From assembly GCA_951406725.2 (NCBI GenBank), contig OX597818.1, positions 60,636,001 to 60,700,000 of the forward strand: DNA of 64,000 nt, read 5' to 3'. A program made the position numbers and the translations under genes. Below the pieces are notes generated by a model. That model had not been told where the DNA came from. It searched no databases and saw only the letters and a program-made list of their open reading frames with translations. This DNA comes from Octopus vulgaris. Its lineage: Eukaryota. Shown piece by piece: positions 1-10,509 of the stretch (position 1 is its first letter; each line of letters opens with the position of its first letter).

Positions 1-202
1 TGCAGTATCGGGACCTATATTTTGATAGTGATGTTGGAATCTTTGGCACCATGCAGTGGCGCCCCGTTCTGCGGTTGTGGTAACTTTGAATGGCAAAGTT
101 TGGGACAAGACCCTCCAGGATTTTCCAGATGTATATCACCGCATATCTCTCCCGCCTCTGCTCTTGGGAGAAGAGGTTTAATACTTTCAGTCTTTCCCAG
201 TA
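1..202 (-). mobile_element. CR1-group LINE ORF2 C-terminal fragment (runs off the window edge)
   Basis: Minus-strand translation YWERLKVLNLFSQEQRRERYAVIYIWKILEGLVPNF matches the post-RT region of CR1-type LINEs; same family as 17349-17859. Confidence 0.75.
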
Positions 203-716
203 TATATATATATATATCTTTCTTCTCTTTCTTTCTCTCTCTAACACCCTCAGCTTCTCATTCCTATATTCAAGTTACCTTGACTTTCTCTGTCTTCATC
301 TCTTTATTATCACTCTCCTTTTTTTTTTCTTTTTTCCTTTTTTCTTTCTTTGCTTTATTCCTCGCTTCATGTTCTTTCTTTTTTCCTTTTTCCTATTTTC
401 TTCTTTTTTTTCTCTTTTCTTTATTCCTCACTTCCTGTTTTTCGATTTGACCTTACAAATACATTCCCTACTTTTAGGTCAATTCAAATAAAATTCCCGA
501 TTCAATACTTTATACTCTATACTTAGAATGGCCAATTTTAAATACTATTGGATTTTATTCGCAAGGTATTGGAATCTTATGTGTATACCATTCCGCCTAA
601 AAATTGGATCTTCAAATGCAATATCCCTGCATATCTCACATCTATTTTCATTCTTCCACTTCACTCTATTTCGTATCTTATCTAAATTAACTATTGCTTA
701 ACCATCTTCTCGCACC

Positions 717-764
717 GTCTCCGATGAAGGGATATATAACATATCCCAGAAACAGCTGTAAGAC
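717..764 (+). ncRNA. Type I hammerhead ribozyme motif, U4C core variant
   Basis: GTCT-CCGATGA-A-GGGATAT/ATAAC/ATATCCC-A-GAA-ACAGCTGT-A-AGAC: stem I GTCT/AGAC, 7-bp stem II, palindromic stem III, GUA triplet. Confidence 0.7.
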
Positions 765-823
765 CTATTTATAAATGTTCTAAAATCTTCACAGCCTTGG
801 TTTTTTATCTCATTCTAAAAAAA

Positions 824-825
<2 letters not shown>

Positions 826-880
<55 letters not shown>

Positions 881-900
881 GATATCTATATATATATATT
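826..900. repeat. (TA)n microsatellite
   Basis: Directly visible. Confidence 0.95.
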
Positions 901-1060
901 TATACTTTATTTTAAGCAGCAGAAAAAAGATATATTACTCTACCACTGGTATTTGAGTACTCTTTTTTCCACCTTGTTTCACATTTATGTGTTTACTCCG
1001 GTATATATATTTATATACATATATATTGGAAGGTTTGGAGATGATGTACAGGTATTTTAT

Positions 1061-1200
1061 ATTAGAAGAAATGAGGTACTCAGAAAATCGGATGGTTTAT
1101 ATTTACAGATATTTATTTGTATATTACATTTTTTATACATCGTATAACTTAGATCATGTATTAGCACTTTCTCCCATTCTAGTGGGGGTTTTCAAATCAA
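1061..1200 (-). mobile_element. PLE-type non-autonomous element 3' end with a degenerate HHR
   Basis: 1061-1118 is nearly identical to 48799-48857. Minus strand TTGAAAA-CCCCCACTAGAATGGGA-GAAA-GTGC-TA is a decayed copy of the 48890-48922 motif. Confidence 0.55.
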
Positions 1201-1320
1201 ACTAAGTTCCTGTGTGAAAAGTTTTGACAATTTTATAGTGGTATTGAGTTTGTAGTAGTGGGGAGGAATACAAGACAGTACAAGAGGGTGATTGATGAGG
1301 AGAAAGTGAGAGAGAGAGAG

Positions 1321-1322
<2 letters not shown>

Positions 1323-1397
<75 letters not shown>

Positions 1398-1402
1398 GTG
1401 TG
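1323..1402. repeat. (GT)n microsatellite
   Basis: Directly visible. Confidence 0.95.
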
Positions 1403-1703
1403 TTTTTGTATTTGGAATGAGTGCTAAAGAAAAAGAGGGGAAGAGGGAGGGAAGAAGAAGAAAAGAATTGTTTTTGCTCTGCTGGACAGCATGCTTACTC
1501 CAAGGGCGTCTAGGATCTTGGGGAAAAAGAATTTCAGTTTTGACCATTTCATAGTGTTATTGAGTGTGTGTTGGCGGGGAGGTAGGCCATAAATTATATT
1601 TCTTTTTATCATTGTGAGAGAGTGTGTGTGTGTTTAATGGGGGATGGTCAAATGGTTTTTTGGGTTAGAGAAGAAGAATTCTTTTTATGATTGTTTTGTG
1701 GAT

Positions 1704-1735
<32 letters not shown>

Positions 1736-2030
1736 CTGTGTTTGTGTGTGTGTGCGTGTGTGTGTGGGTGTCAGTGAGTTTGGTGAAGGGAAGAAAGGAG
1801 AAGAGGGGAAAAAAGGGAGAAAGGAAAAATAATTGTGTTGATATTTATACCACTATATATATATACATACATATATATAAAACATCAGAAAAAACCACCT
1901 TTCATCAATTCAAAATGAATAATTGAATTACACCATCTAGAAAATTACCTATAGAAAAGTTAAAATTAAAATGACAATTAAAAAGTAAAGATTAAGTAAA
2001 TTACAAAAATAATATAATGTACATAATAGG

Positions 2031-2088
<58 letters not shown>

Positions 2089-2091
<3 letters not shown>

Positions 2092-2295
2092 TTAATCCAA
2101 ACGAGAAAACAGAAAAAACAACAACACAAGGAGGTGGAACAATTAAAGTATTATTATTGGGCGCTCAGGAAAAAGGGAAGAAGGAGGGTATGACGTTTCG
2201 AGCGGAGCTCTTCGTCGGAAACATAAGAGAAAGAAAGATCCCGAGGCGGGCGAACGGAGGGAAAAAAAACGCGACTGGTTTTCACGAAGTAAACA
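2089..2295 (-). mobile_element. Short (TA)n-associated HHR-bearing element; other copies at 19516-19590 and 60450-60670
   Basis: Shared 3' tail ...AATACTTTAATTGTTCCAC...TTGGATTAAC running into (TA)n in all three copies. Confidence 0.7.
2188..2222 (-). ncRNA. Minimal type I hammerhead motif (CCGACGA core variant)
   Basis: Minus strand GTTT-CCGACGA-A-GAGC/TCC/GCTC-GAA-ACGT-C-ATAC. The second copy at 60571-60605 has a perfect stem I GTTT/AAAC. Confidence 0.65.
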
Positions 2296-2302
2296 TATAT
2301 AT

Positions 2303-2883
2303 AATAATAAATCTCTAAGCGAGGTATAAACAGTAACTGCTCTGTAATATAAGCGGGATCAGCCATCTGAATGTGGCTAGGGACAGGGCGGGGTGGTGGT
2401 GGTGTTACTGATGCATTTAGCCCCAGGCGACTATAGACGTCACCAGAAGAGCCGACACCATCACGGTGTCCTTGCTAGCCTGTAACGGGAGATCAGCCTC
2501 CCCGAAGATACGGATGCTACACACGGACCGGTTTCGAGGTGGTCGCCTCTCTCGTCAGCGCATGGCAAGCACCGTTCTTCGTTGAGGGACTTCCTCTACA
2601 GGCTAGAAATATATAGATTTTCACAGTAAACACAGTCACTGGCGTCGAAAATCTGTTCGATAACAATAATAAATCTCTAAGCGAGGTATAAACAGTAACT
2701 GCTCTGTAATATAAGCGGGATCAGCCATCTGAATGTGGCTAGGGACAGGGCGGGGTGGTGGTGGTGTTACTGATGCATTTAGCCCCAGGCGACTATAGAC
2801 GTCACCAGAAGAGCCGACACCATCACGGTGTCCTTGCTAGCCTGTAAAGGGAGATCAGCCTCCCCGAAGATACGGATGCTACA
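2303..2883 (-). mobile_element. Retrozyme-like / PLE-type non-coding element, 1.6 tandem units of a 362-bp monomer
   Basis: 2303-2521 is repeated almost exactly at 2665-2883. A canonical HHR sits at the unit junction and both flanks are TA-rich. Confidence 0.75.
2520..2564 (-). ncRNA. Canonical type I hammerhead ribozyme
   Basis: Minus strand CATGCG-CTGACGA-GA-GAGG/CGACCA/CCTC-GAA-ACCGGT-C-CGTGTG: all core nucleotides present, GUC triplet, 6-bp stem I with two G-U pairs. Confidence 0.85.
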
Positions 2884-2950
2884 TATATACACATATACTA
2901 AATGCTCCACTATATTACATTGTAAATTGAAAGATTTGTCCTTCAATGAA

Positions 2951-3155
2951 TACTCTTTTCCTTGTTTCAGTCATTTGACTGCGGCCATGCTGGAGCACCG
3001 CCTTTAGTCGAGCAAATCGACCCCGAGACTTATTCTTTGTAAGCCCAGTACTTATTCTATCGGTCTCTTTTGCCGAACCGCTAAGTAACGGGGACGTAAA
3101 CACACCAGCATCGGTTGTCAAGCAATGCTAGGGGGACAAACAGAGACACACAAAC

Positions 3156-3186
<31 letters not shown>

Positions 3187-3358
3187 CATATATACGACAG
3201 GCTTTTTTCAGTTTCCGTCTACCAAATCCACTCACAAGGCATCGGTCGGCCCGAGGCTATAGTAGAAGACACTTGTCCAAGGTTCCACGCAGTGGGACTG
3301 AACCCAGAAGCATGTGGTTGGTTAGCAAGCTACTTACCACACAGCCACTCCTGCGCCT
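2951..3358 (-). mobile_element. tRNA-derived SINE family A (CORE-like CCTTGGGCAAG motif, internal microsatellite)
   Basis: Head GGCGCAGGAGTGGCTGTGTGG...GGTTCAGTCCC with A/B-box-like motifs; more than 15 related copies in the window. Confidence 0.85.
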
Positions 3359-3678
3359 ATATGATGAGCAAAATTTGATGAGTAAAATTTCATAAAGTCC
3401 ATATTTGAAAAAGAGACTCTCTTGTGTTGAAGTTACAAATGACAGAATACAAACTGACAACTACTGAGTCTGTTGTCTGATCTTCAATTGATTTAGTCTA
3501 ATATCTCACTGATTAAATAAATATTAAGTTTTATCATACAGGAGCTACTGGTTCCACAAATTAAAGTGAAATGGTTTCATTCAAATATTAGGATAGCCTT
3601 TGTTCAATGTTGTATTTTCAAAAACCAAAGCATATGTGTAGAACTCTGTATGTGTGTGTATGTGTGTGTGCGTGTGTG

Positions 3679-3735
<57 letters not shown>

Positions 3736-3795
3736 AATACAGTTTACTTAACAAATTTGGTCCTTCATCTTGTACAGCTTATTATAGAGATATTT

Positions 3796-3900
3796 TCAGC
3801 CATTCAATTTGGGGGAGAACTTAGTTATGAAATACTTTTCCATATTCCTCCTGAAAGAGGTGTCGTTCTTCGGACATTTGTAGAAGGGAAAGATCTTAAA
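3796..3900 (-). mobile_element. Penelope-like element ORF C-terminus (end of the GIY-YIG domain)
   Basis: Translates FKIFPFYKCPKNDTSFRRNMEKYFITKFSPKLNG*, matching the R..E..FI....P.LN* end of PLE GIY-YIG endonucleases. Confidence 0.6.
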
Positions 3901-4026
3901 TTTTCATTCACCACGTGTATACATATATATACATATATATACATACACACACATATACACAAACACACACGCATATATATACATACATATATATATATAT
4001 GCATACATAAGTATAACCATATTAAA

Positions 4027-4110
4027 AGGGATCCGTGGGAAAACTCATTTAATTAAAAGATTTGGGAACCACTGTTGGGGGCCACTGTGAAAAGGCTGGG
4101 GACCACTGGC
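4027..4110 (+). mobile_element. hAT (Charlie-like) MITE 3' termini
   Basis: TTTGGGAACCACTG and GCTGGGGACCACTG are typical hAT right TIRs; a matching left-end type lies at 43973. Confidence 0.45.
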
Positions 4111-4195
4111 TTAAAAGGTTTATCAAAAGCGAAACACGTTCCTTCTTTTCTCTAGAAACACAACGGCAGTAATAATACATTAACGGTGTCAAGTA

Positions 4196-4773
4196 AGGCA
4201 GCGAGTTGGCAGAAACGTTAGCACGCCGGGCGATATGCTTTGCGGTACTTCGTCTGTCTTAACGTTCTAAGTTCAAATTCCGCCGAGGTTGACTTTGCCT
4301 TTCATCATTTCGGACTCGATAATTTAAGTACCAGTTGCGTACTGTGGTCGATCTAATCGACTAGCCCCTTCACTCAAAATCTCGGGCCTTGTGCAAGGAG
4401 TTGAAAAGAATATGAGGTATGCTAAAGGCGGCGAGCTGGCAGAAACGTTGGCACGCCGGGCGAAATGCGTAGCCGTATTTCGTCTGCCGTTACGTTGTGA
4501 GTTCAAATTCCGCCGAGATCGACTTTGCCTTTCGAAATACCTATTTCTTTGCTACCCACAAGGGGCTAAATACAGAGAGGACAAGCAAGGACACACAAAC
4601 GGATTAAGTCGATTACATCGACCCCAGTGCGTAACTGGTACTTATTTAATCGACCCCGAAAGGATGAAAGGCAAAGTCGACCTCGGCGGAATTTGAACTC
4701 AGAACTTAACGGCAGACGAAATACCGCTAAGCATTTCTCCCGGCGTGCTAACGTTTCTGCTCGTTCACCGCCT
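4196..4773. mobile_element. Cluster of tRNA-derived SINE family B copies (Meta-domain-like), one inverted copy abutting or nested in another
   Basis: Head GGCGGCGAGCTGGCAGAAACGTTAGC...GAGTTCAAATTCC; body GTCGACTTTGCCTTTCATCCTTTCGGGGTCGATAAATTAAGTACC resembles the MetaSINE central domain. Confidence 0.8.
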
Positions 4774-5068
4774 CGAACAATAGAAAGTATTTTGGCAACT
4801 GCTCTACCCACTATGTCATCTCTCGCTGTCATTTCGTTGAATGCAAATGTTTTTAATCATTGATTGGGAAACATAGATTAAAAGACAATCTAAAATGGAA
4901 AATCACTATGGCTTCTTGTCTACAGTCATTTTGGTATTTAATTTGGACAAGAAATCTTCAACGCATCTGAACTATTAAAGCAATATTGATTTCTTCCCTC
5001 AGAATTACTACAGAGACCTAAAATAATACGTGAGTGTGTGTGTCTGTCTGTGTCCGCGAGCGCGCGAG

Positions 5069-5100
<32 letters not shown>

Positions 5101-5466
5101 CAAATAAGTGTTGTGGGTGGGTACATATATATATATATATATGTATATATATATCATTTAATGTGCACAAGATAAAGATATACGAGATAGTAATAGTTTC
5201 TTATATCGGAGGCATGTGCCAGACAGGTTTTTATAACACACCTTGTGTCTCCAAGCAATCTGAAAATTAAAAGGCGTGTTATAAAAAAGTCTTGTTATAA
5301 AAAAAAAACCTGCGTGTCTCCGAAGCCAGAAACTATTAGTAGCTGGTATCTTTATATTATGTACACCAAATGATATTCATCTCTTACTGGATAGAGGACA
5401 TTTTTTGTTGAATCCACCGTAATGGAACAGTAAACTACAAATATATACATATATACATACATTTAT

Positions 5467-5531
<65 letters not shown>

Positions 5532-5566
5532 TATATATATATCTATATATCTATATATATATATAT

Positions 5567-6014
5567 AAGTTCAGTAAAATTTAGATTCAGATGAATATGG
5601 TACTTAGATTGAAGGCCCCAGAATTTAGTACGGTATTATCCATATAATTTAAAATAAGGTGATTATAGTCAAAATAAGCAACAAGGCTATCCAGAGGTAA
5701 TGCAGTACAATCGTTTCATGCGACTCCATTTAATTGAACAATGCAAATATTACATCAATTTAAAATGTAGAGTTACAACTGTGATGTTGTTAGTAAAACA
5801 TGTTCTTTGTCTATCTCCTTATCCTCTTTGTGATTTTGGATAAAACATTATGCAAATGAGTCCTTCGAATTTAACTAAATTCTATATTTTTATGCAGCTG
5901 AAGATTGCTCTACATTTTAAATTGATGTAATGTTTGCATTGTTCAATTAAATGGAGTCGCATGAAACGATCGTACTGCATTACTCTGGATATCCTTGTTG
6001 CTTATTTTGATTAT
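5567..6014. mobile_element. PLE-type fold-back element between (TA)n tracts
   Basis: About 105-bp inverted repeat (approx. 5664-5773 vs 5908-6014) containing the HHR; related rearranged copy at 41633-41785. Confidence 0.7.
5892..5980 (+). ncRNA. Type I hammerhead ribozyme with extended stem II
   Basis: ATGCAG-CTGAAGA-T-TGC...(long hairpin)...GCA-T-GAA-ACGATCGT-A-CTGCAT: perfect 6-bp stem I, GUA triplet. Confidence 0.8.
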
Positions 6015-6134
6015 ATATATATACATATAAAATGTAAAAAAAGAATGTAATGATACATTACGAAGGATATACCATAAAGAACTAATAATTACTTATGAAT
6101 ATATCAATGGCCAAACATATAATCATAAATTTCA

Positions 6135-6388
6135 TAAAAGAAGAGTGTTTAGAATTATGAATAAATCACATTTATAACGGAGAGGGTTGCCAAGACCGTT
6201 ACATGTCTAGAAATAGCAGTCAAAAACCACTATTAACACTCAAATTATATCTCCTCTCAATAAAGCTGAGAAGATATAATTTGCTTGGTAATATTGGTTT
6301 TTGACTGTTATTTCTAGACATCTAACGGTTTTTGCAACCCTCTCCGTTATAATTGTGATTATTCATAATTATGAAGACTCTTCTTTTA
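6135..6388. repeat. Fold-back inverted repeat with ~90-bp arms (MITE-like)
   Basis: 6153-6229 is the near reverse complement of 6295-6371, extending to AAAAGAAGAGT/ACTCTTCTTTT. Confidence 0.6.
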
Positions 6389-6690
6389 CATACATGCATA
6401 CATACATACATACATACATACATACATACATACATACATACATACATACATACATACATGCAGTTGTACATACCATACTGATTCTAATTCTTACATGCCA
6501 TTTTGTAATTCCTCCTTTCACCAGCAGCCTACCGTTTTTTTTTTTGTTTTTTTTTTTTCAACTTTTTTAAAGCTTCCAAAGACCTTGAACGACACAACTT
6601 TACTCTAATCCTTATCTCAAACTTTTTCTCTGTAAAACCGAATGATTTTCCGATAGATTCAGAGATATCGCATGTTGAAATGGGTCATAA

Positions 6691-7090
6691 GGCGGCGAGC
6701 TGGCAGAAACGTTAGCACGCCGGGCAAAATGCGTAGCCGTATTTCGTCTGCCGTCACGTTCTGAGTTCAAATTTCGCCGAGGTCGACTTTGTCTTTCATC
6801 CTTTCGGGGTCGATAAATTAAGTACCAGTTATGTACTGGTGTCGCTCTAATCGACTTAATCCGTTTGTCTGTCCTTGTTTGTCCTCTCTGTGTGCAGCCC
6901 CTTGTGGGTAGTAAAGAAACAGGTATTTCGTCTGTCTTTATGTTCTGAGTTCAAATTCCGCCGAGATCGACTTTGCCTTTCATATTTTAGGGGTCGATAA
7001 ATTAAGTACCAGTTGCGTACTGGGGTCGATCTAATCGACTGCTTCCCTCCCGCAAAATTTCAGGCCCTGTGCCTCGAGTAGAAAAGAAAG
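6691..7090 (+). mobile_element. SINE family B, dimeric
   Basis: Head, body and tail followed by a restart at GGTATTTCGTCTG. Confidence 0.8.
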
Positions 7091-7199
7091 TTCAAATGGG
7101 TCATGTTACTTTTGTCGTCTAAGGCAATCTCTTAATTTTTTTCGCCTGTCCTTTGTGCAAATTCAACCTCAGGTCAGAGGGGAAAATATGCTGCTTGTC

Positions 7200-7508
7200 T
7201 ATGTGGTTTAATGGTTACGACATTAAGATCATGATACTAAGGTCGCGAGTTTGATTCCAGGCGGAGCGTTATGACCATGAGCAAGACAATATATTTCACG
7301 TAGCTCCAGTCAGCTCATCTGGCAAAAGTGAGTTGTACCTGTACTTCAAAGGGCCGACCTTGTCACATTCTGTGTCACTCTCAATCCCCTTGTGACCTAC
7401 GTTAGCGCTACACGTGTCTTTGTCGTCCTCAACCATTTGCATGTTAATTTGAAGGTTGTTCCATTGATCTGACCATCTAGAACACTCGTCATAGCGACGG
7501 AGGTCCAT
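7200..7508 (+). mobile_element. Diverged tRNA-derived SINE family C
   Basis: Aligns with 37830-38145 (TGAGCAAGACA, TTCAAAGGGCC..CCTTGTCACA motifs). Confidence 0.65.
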
Positions 7509-7568
7509 TACGTAGCATGCTTATGTCGTACTTGACAAAAGGCACCAACCTTAAACGGAGGCTATGAA

Positions 7569-7840
7569 CAGTGGCGGACTGGGTCTAAAATTATTGGTTG
7601 CCAGGAGACTAAGGGGACCCACCCGCAACTACAATGCTATAATTTAATTTTTTGTGTATTAAAAGTATTCTTTTCAAATGTCTACAAACCCATCCAGGTC
7701 GAAATAAATAATGCATTCTTCCCTCAAACATGAGGGGATGGACCCCTTAGCTACAAACATACCCCCACCTATATGGATTCTAATGGCGCAAAGGCCCACT
7801 TGCTATCAGGTAAGATGACAACCCGGCCAGTCCACCACTG
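7569..7840. mobile_element. hAT-type MITE
   Basis: TIR CAGTGGCGGACTGG / CCAGTCCACCACTG; imperfect 8-bp TSD GCTATGAA / GCTGTGAG. Confidence 0.7.
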
Positions 7841-8281
7841 GCTGTGAGTAAAACATTTTAATGATAAGCAAGGATTTAATTTCTTGGACAAGTCTGATGA
7901 CGTATCTACCAAATTATATCCAGAAGCTTCCCGAATGTTCTATTCTTTCAACGTTGTTCTATTCATTTCTTGAATGTACGTTTCTAAATTTCCTGAAGCA
8001 GCTTTATATCTGTTATGTTTTATTTGTTTCGGTAATTATACTGCGGCCATGCTGGAGCACCGACTTGAAGCACTTCAGTCGAACGAACAGAAACCAAGTA
8101 TTGATAATCTTTTCAAGTCTGGTAGTTATTCTATCGGTTTCTTTAAATGAAGACACAACCACACAGACACCGGTTATTAAAGCGGTGCTAGGGGACAAAT
8201 TGCAACACAAACATACTCACCAGCTCACACACATATACACACACACTTATACATACCTACACACACATACATATATACACG

Positions 8282-8455
8282 CACACACATCTCTCCTTGT
8301 TTCTCTCCTTGTTTTTTTTCTGTGTCCTTTTCTGTAGAAGAGCGAAGGCTCGAAACGTAAAAGACTTTTTCTATTCCTGAGCGTTATACTAATACATCTG
8401 TTTGTTTTTTACACCACCTGTCTTCGTCTTTTGTTTTTTCGTAAACTCTCCCTAT
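8282..8455 (+). mobile_element. Short (TA)n-associated element with HHR-like motif; other copies at 22925-23090 and 32135-32328
   Basis: Three copies share CTGAGCGTTATACTAATACATCTG...CTCTCCC followed by (TA)n. Motif TTTT-CTGTAGA-A-GAGC/GAAG/GCTC-GAA-ACGT-A-AAAG at 8328-8363. Confidence 0.65.
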
Positions 8456-8811
8456 ATATATACACATACATGCACATGTTCTCTTATTCTTTTATTCGTT
8501 TGTTTGTTTCAGTCATTTTGACTGCGGCCATGCTGGAGCACCACTTTTTAGTATATATATTTTATTTTTATATTAGTTTATTAATTTGTTCGTATTTTTA
8601 TTCATAATTTTTATCCGAATTTATTCACATTTTTTCATTCGTATTTTTTAGTCGTACTTCATATCCGTTTTTATTCCTTAAATTTCTGTCTTAAATTTAT
8701 AAGGTTCATGAATTTATTTATTTACTTATTTATACTTACATACTTGTAATTAATTTTGACAAACATAATGATATATAAGGAGTAGTTATATCTATAAATG
8801 TGGGGACAGAA

Positions 8812-8907
8812 GACCTGAAGATTGGGAGTGCGTAAACATAATGAGTTTTTGAATGAGACTTTGGGTCTTAACAATACCATACGTACCCTCATGAAACACG
8901 TGTAGTC
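8812..8907 (+). ncRNA. Type I hammerhead ribozyme with long stem II insertion
   Basis: GAC-CTGAAGA-T-TGGGAGTGCGTA...TACGTACCCTCA-T-GAA-ACACGTGT-A-GTC. Confidence 0.7.
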
Positions 8908-9080
8908 CGTAATATGGAAAATTTGGGATTAAAAATATAAGAATTACTAAGTATAATATTTAATATTTTGTGGCTTGGTTGAGTTAATATCGTTTGGAGT
9001 TGATGAATTTGTAGGTGTTTCTGTCTCTAACACTATTTTGATATATAAATGCATACATATATTACATGCACACATATGTG

Positions 9081-9120
<40 letters not shown>

Positions 9121-9285
9121 TATATATACACACACATATATGTATATATATATGTATATATACACACACACATATGTATATATGTATATATGTATATATA
9201 CACACACATATGTGTATATATATATATGTATATATGCACACACATATATATATGTACAGACAGACATACTGACAGACAGACAGGC

Positions 9286-9286
<1 letters not shown>

Positions 9287-9347
<61 letters not shown>
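9287..9347. repeat. (GATA)n microsatellite
   Basis: Directly visible. Confidence 0.95.
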
Positions 9348-9348
<1 letters not shown>

Positions 9349-9960
9349 CAGATACGCCGGCCTGTCTTCAGTTTCCGTCTACCAGATCCACTCGCAAGAC
9401 ATTTGGCCGACCCGAGGCTATAACAGAAGACCCTTTGCGTGACTGAATTCAGAACCATGCGGCTTGGAAGCAAGCTTCTTACTACACAGCCATGTCTTCG
9501 CCGATAAAATGTTTGAAAACTGAAACTTTAGGTCTGGTTTATTGTCTTCACACTAAACCTACCTCGCGTTGTGATCACAAATAAAAATATACGCCATAAC
9601 CACCGTCCTTACATTCATACACTAAAAACTGACATTTTTGTTGACGTTGTTTGTCTTCCTTTGGGCTACAAATTCAAAAACAACAAAACTCAAAACCAAA
9701 CCTTATTTCAAGCAACGACCTGTGCCCTAATTTAGCAGTCAAATATAACCCAATTGCCAAGATTTATTGTAACCCAGTTCGGGAGAGGCGAACAAATCGA
9801 AATGATAATAGAAAGAAAGAAACAAACAAACAATTTTCATGTGTTTTGTTGCAAAGTGAGAGAAAAGCACTAAAAATGTCATAGTTAAGAATTATGATTT
9901 AATGATTTCATCTGACCTATTCTCCCCTTAGTTTCTTGTTCGTCGTCGTCATCTCGTCCT

Positions 9961-9972
9961 GCCGCCATTTTG
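9961..9972. promoter_or_regulatory. YY1-type motif GCCGCCATTTTG, overlapping a possible minus-strand ATG
   Basis: Exact match to the YY1 consensus inside about 1 kb free of recognisable SINEs; minus strand reads AAAATGGCGGC. Confidence 0.3.
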
Positions 9973-10509
9973 TTCTGATTTCTTTAATCAATATTGTTTT
10001 TGTTCTCGTTCTTGTTGTTGTCTTCAGTGGGGAACTATAAGTGAGATGTCTATATTTTGTCGTCTTATCGAACCAAACTGATTACGTGTATCTGAACTTA
10101 AATGGTTTAGTTGTATGATTGTATATGATCAGAGTAAGGGCGAAGAAATACTCCAGACTGCAACAAAATTGATTTAAAATTAGATTTTGTGTAGTACTAA
10201 TAAGAAAGTGGTAACAACAAGGAAGCCTTCAGTGATGGGGTAATGGAGAGCTATTTCATTGAACTAAGAACGTGTAAGGTTACTACCGACTAAAAGGTAA
10301 TTATTGGTAAAGCCGACAACCAAAAGTATATTTAGTATAAATATACTTGTGTTGCAATGGCTGTAAGAAACCAAAGGTATTATGATTATGGAACAAAATA
10401 TTGTGATTGCAGAGAAAGTTTTGGTAATAACGTAAATAGACAGCAATTAGGGGTTTCTTTCATTAGGGAGGCATAATTCAAAGTTTAACACAGACAGGGT
10501 AGTAAAGTG

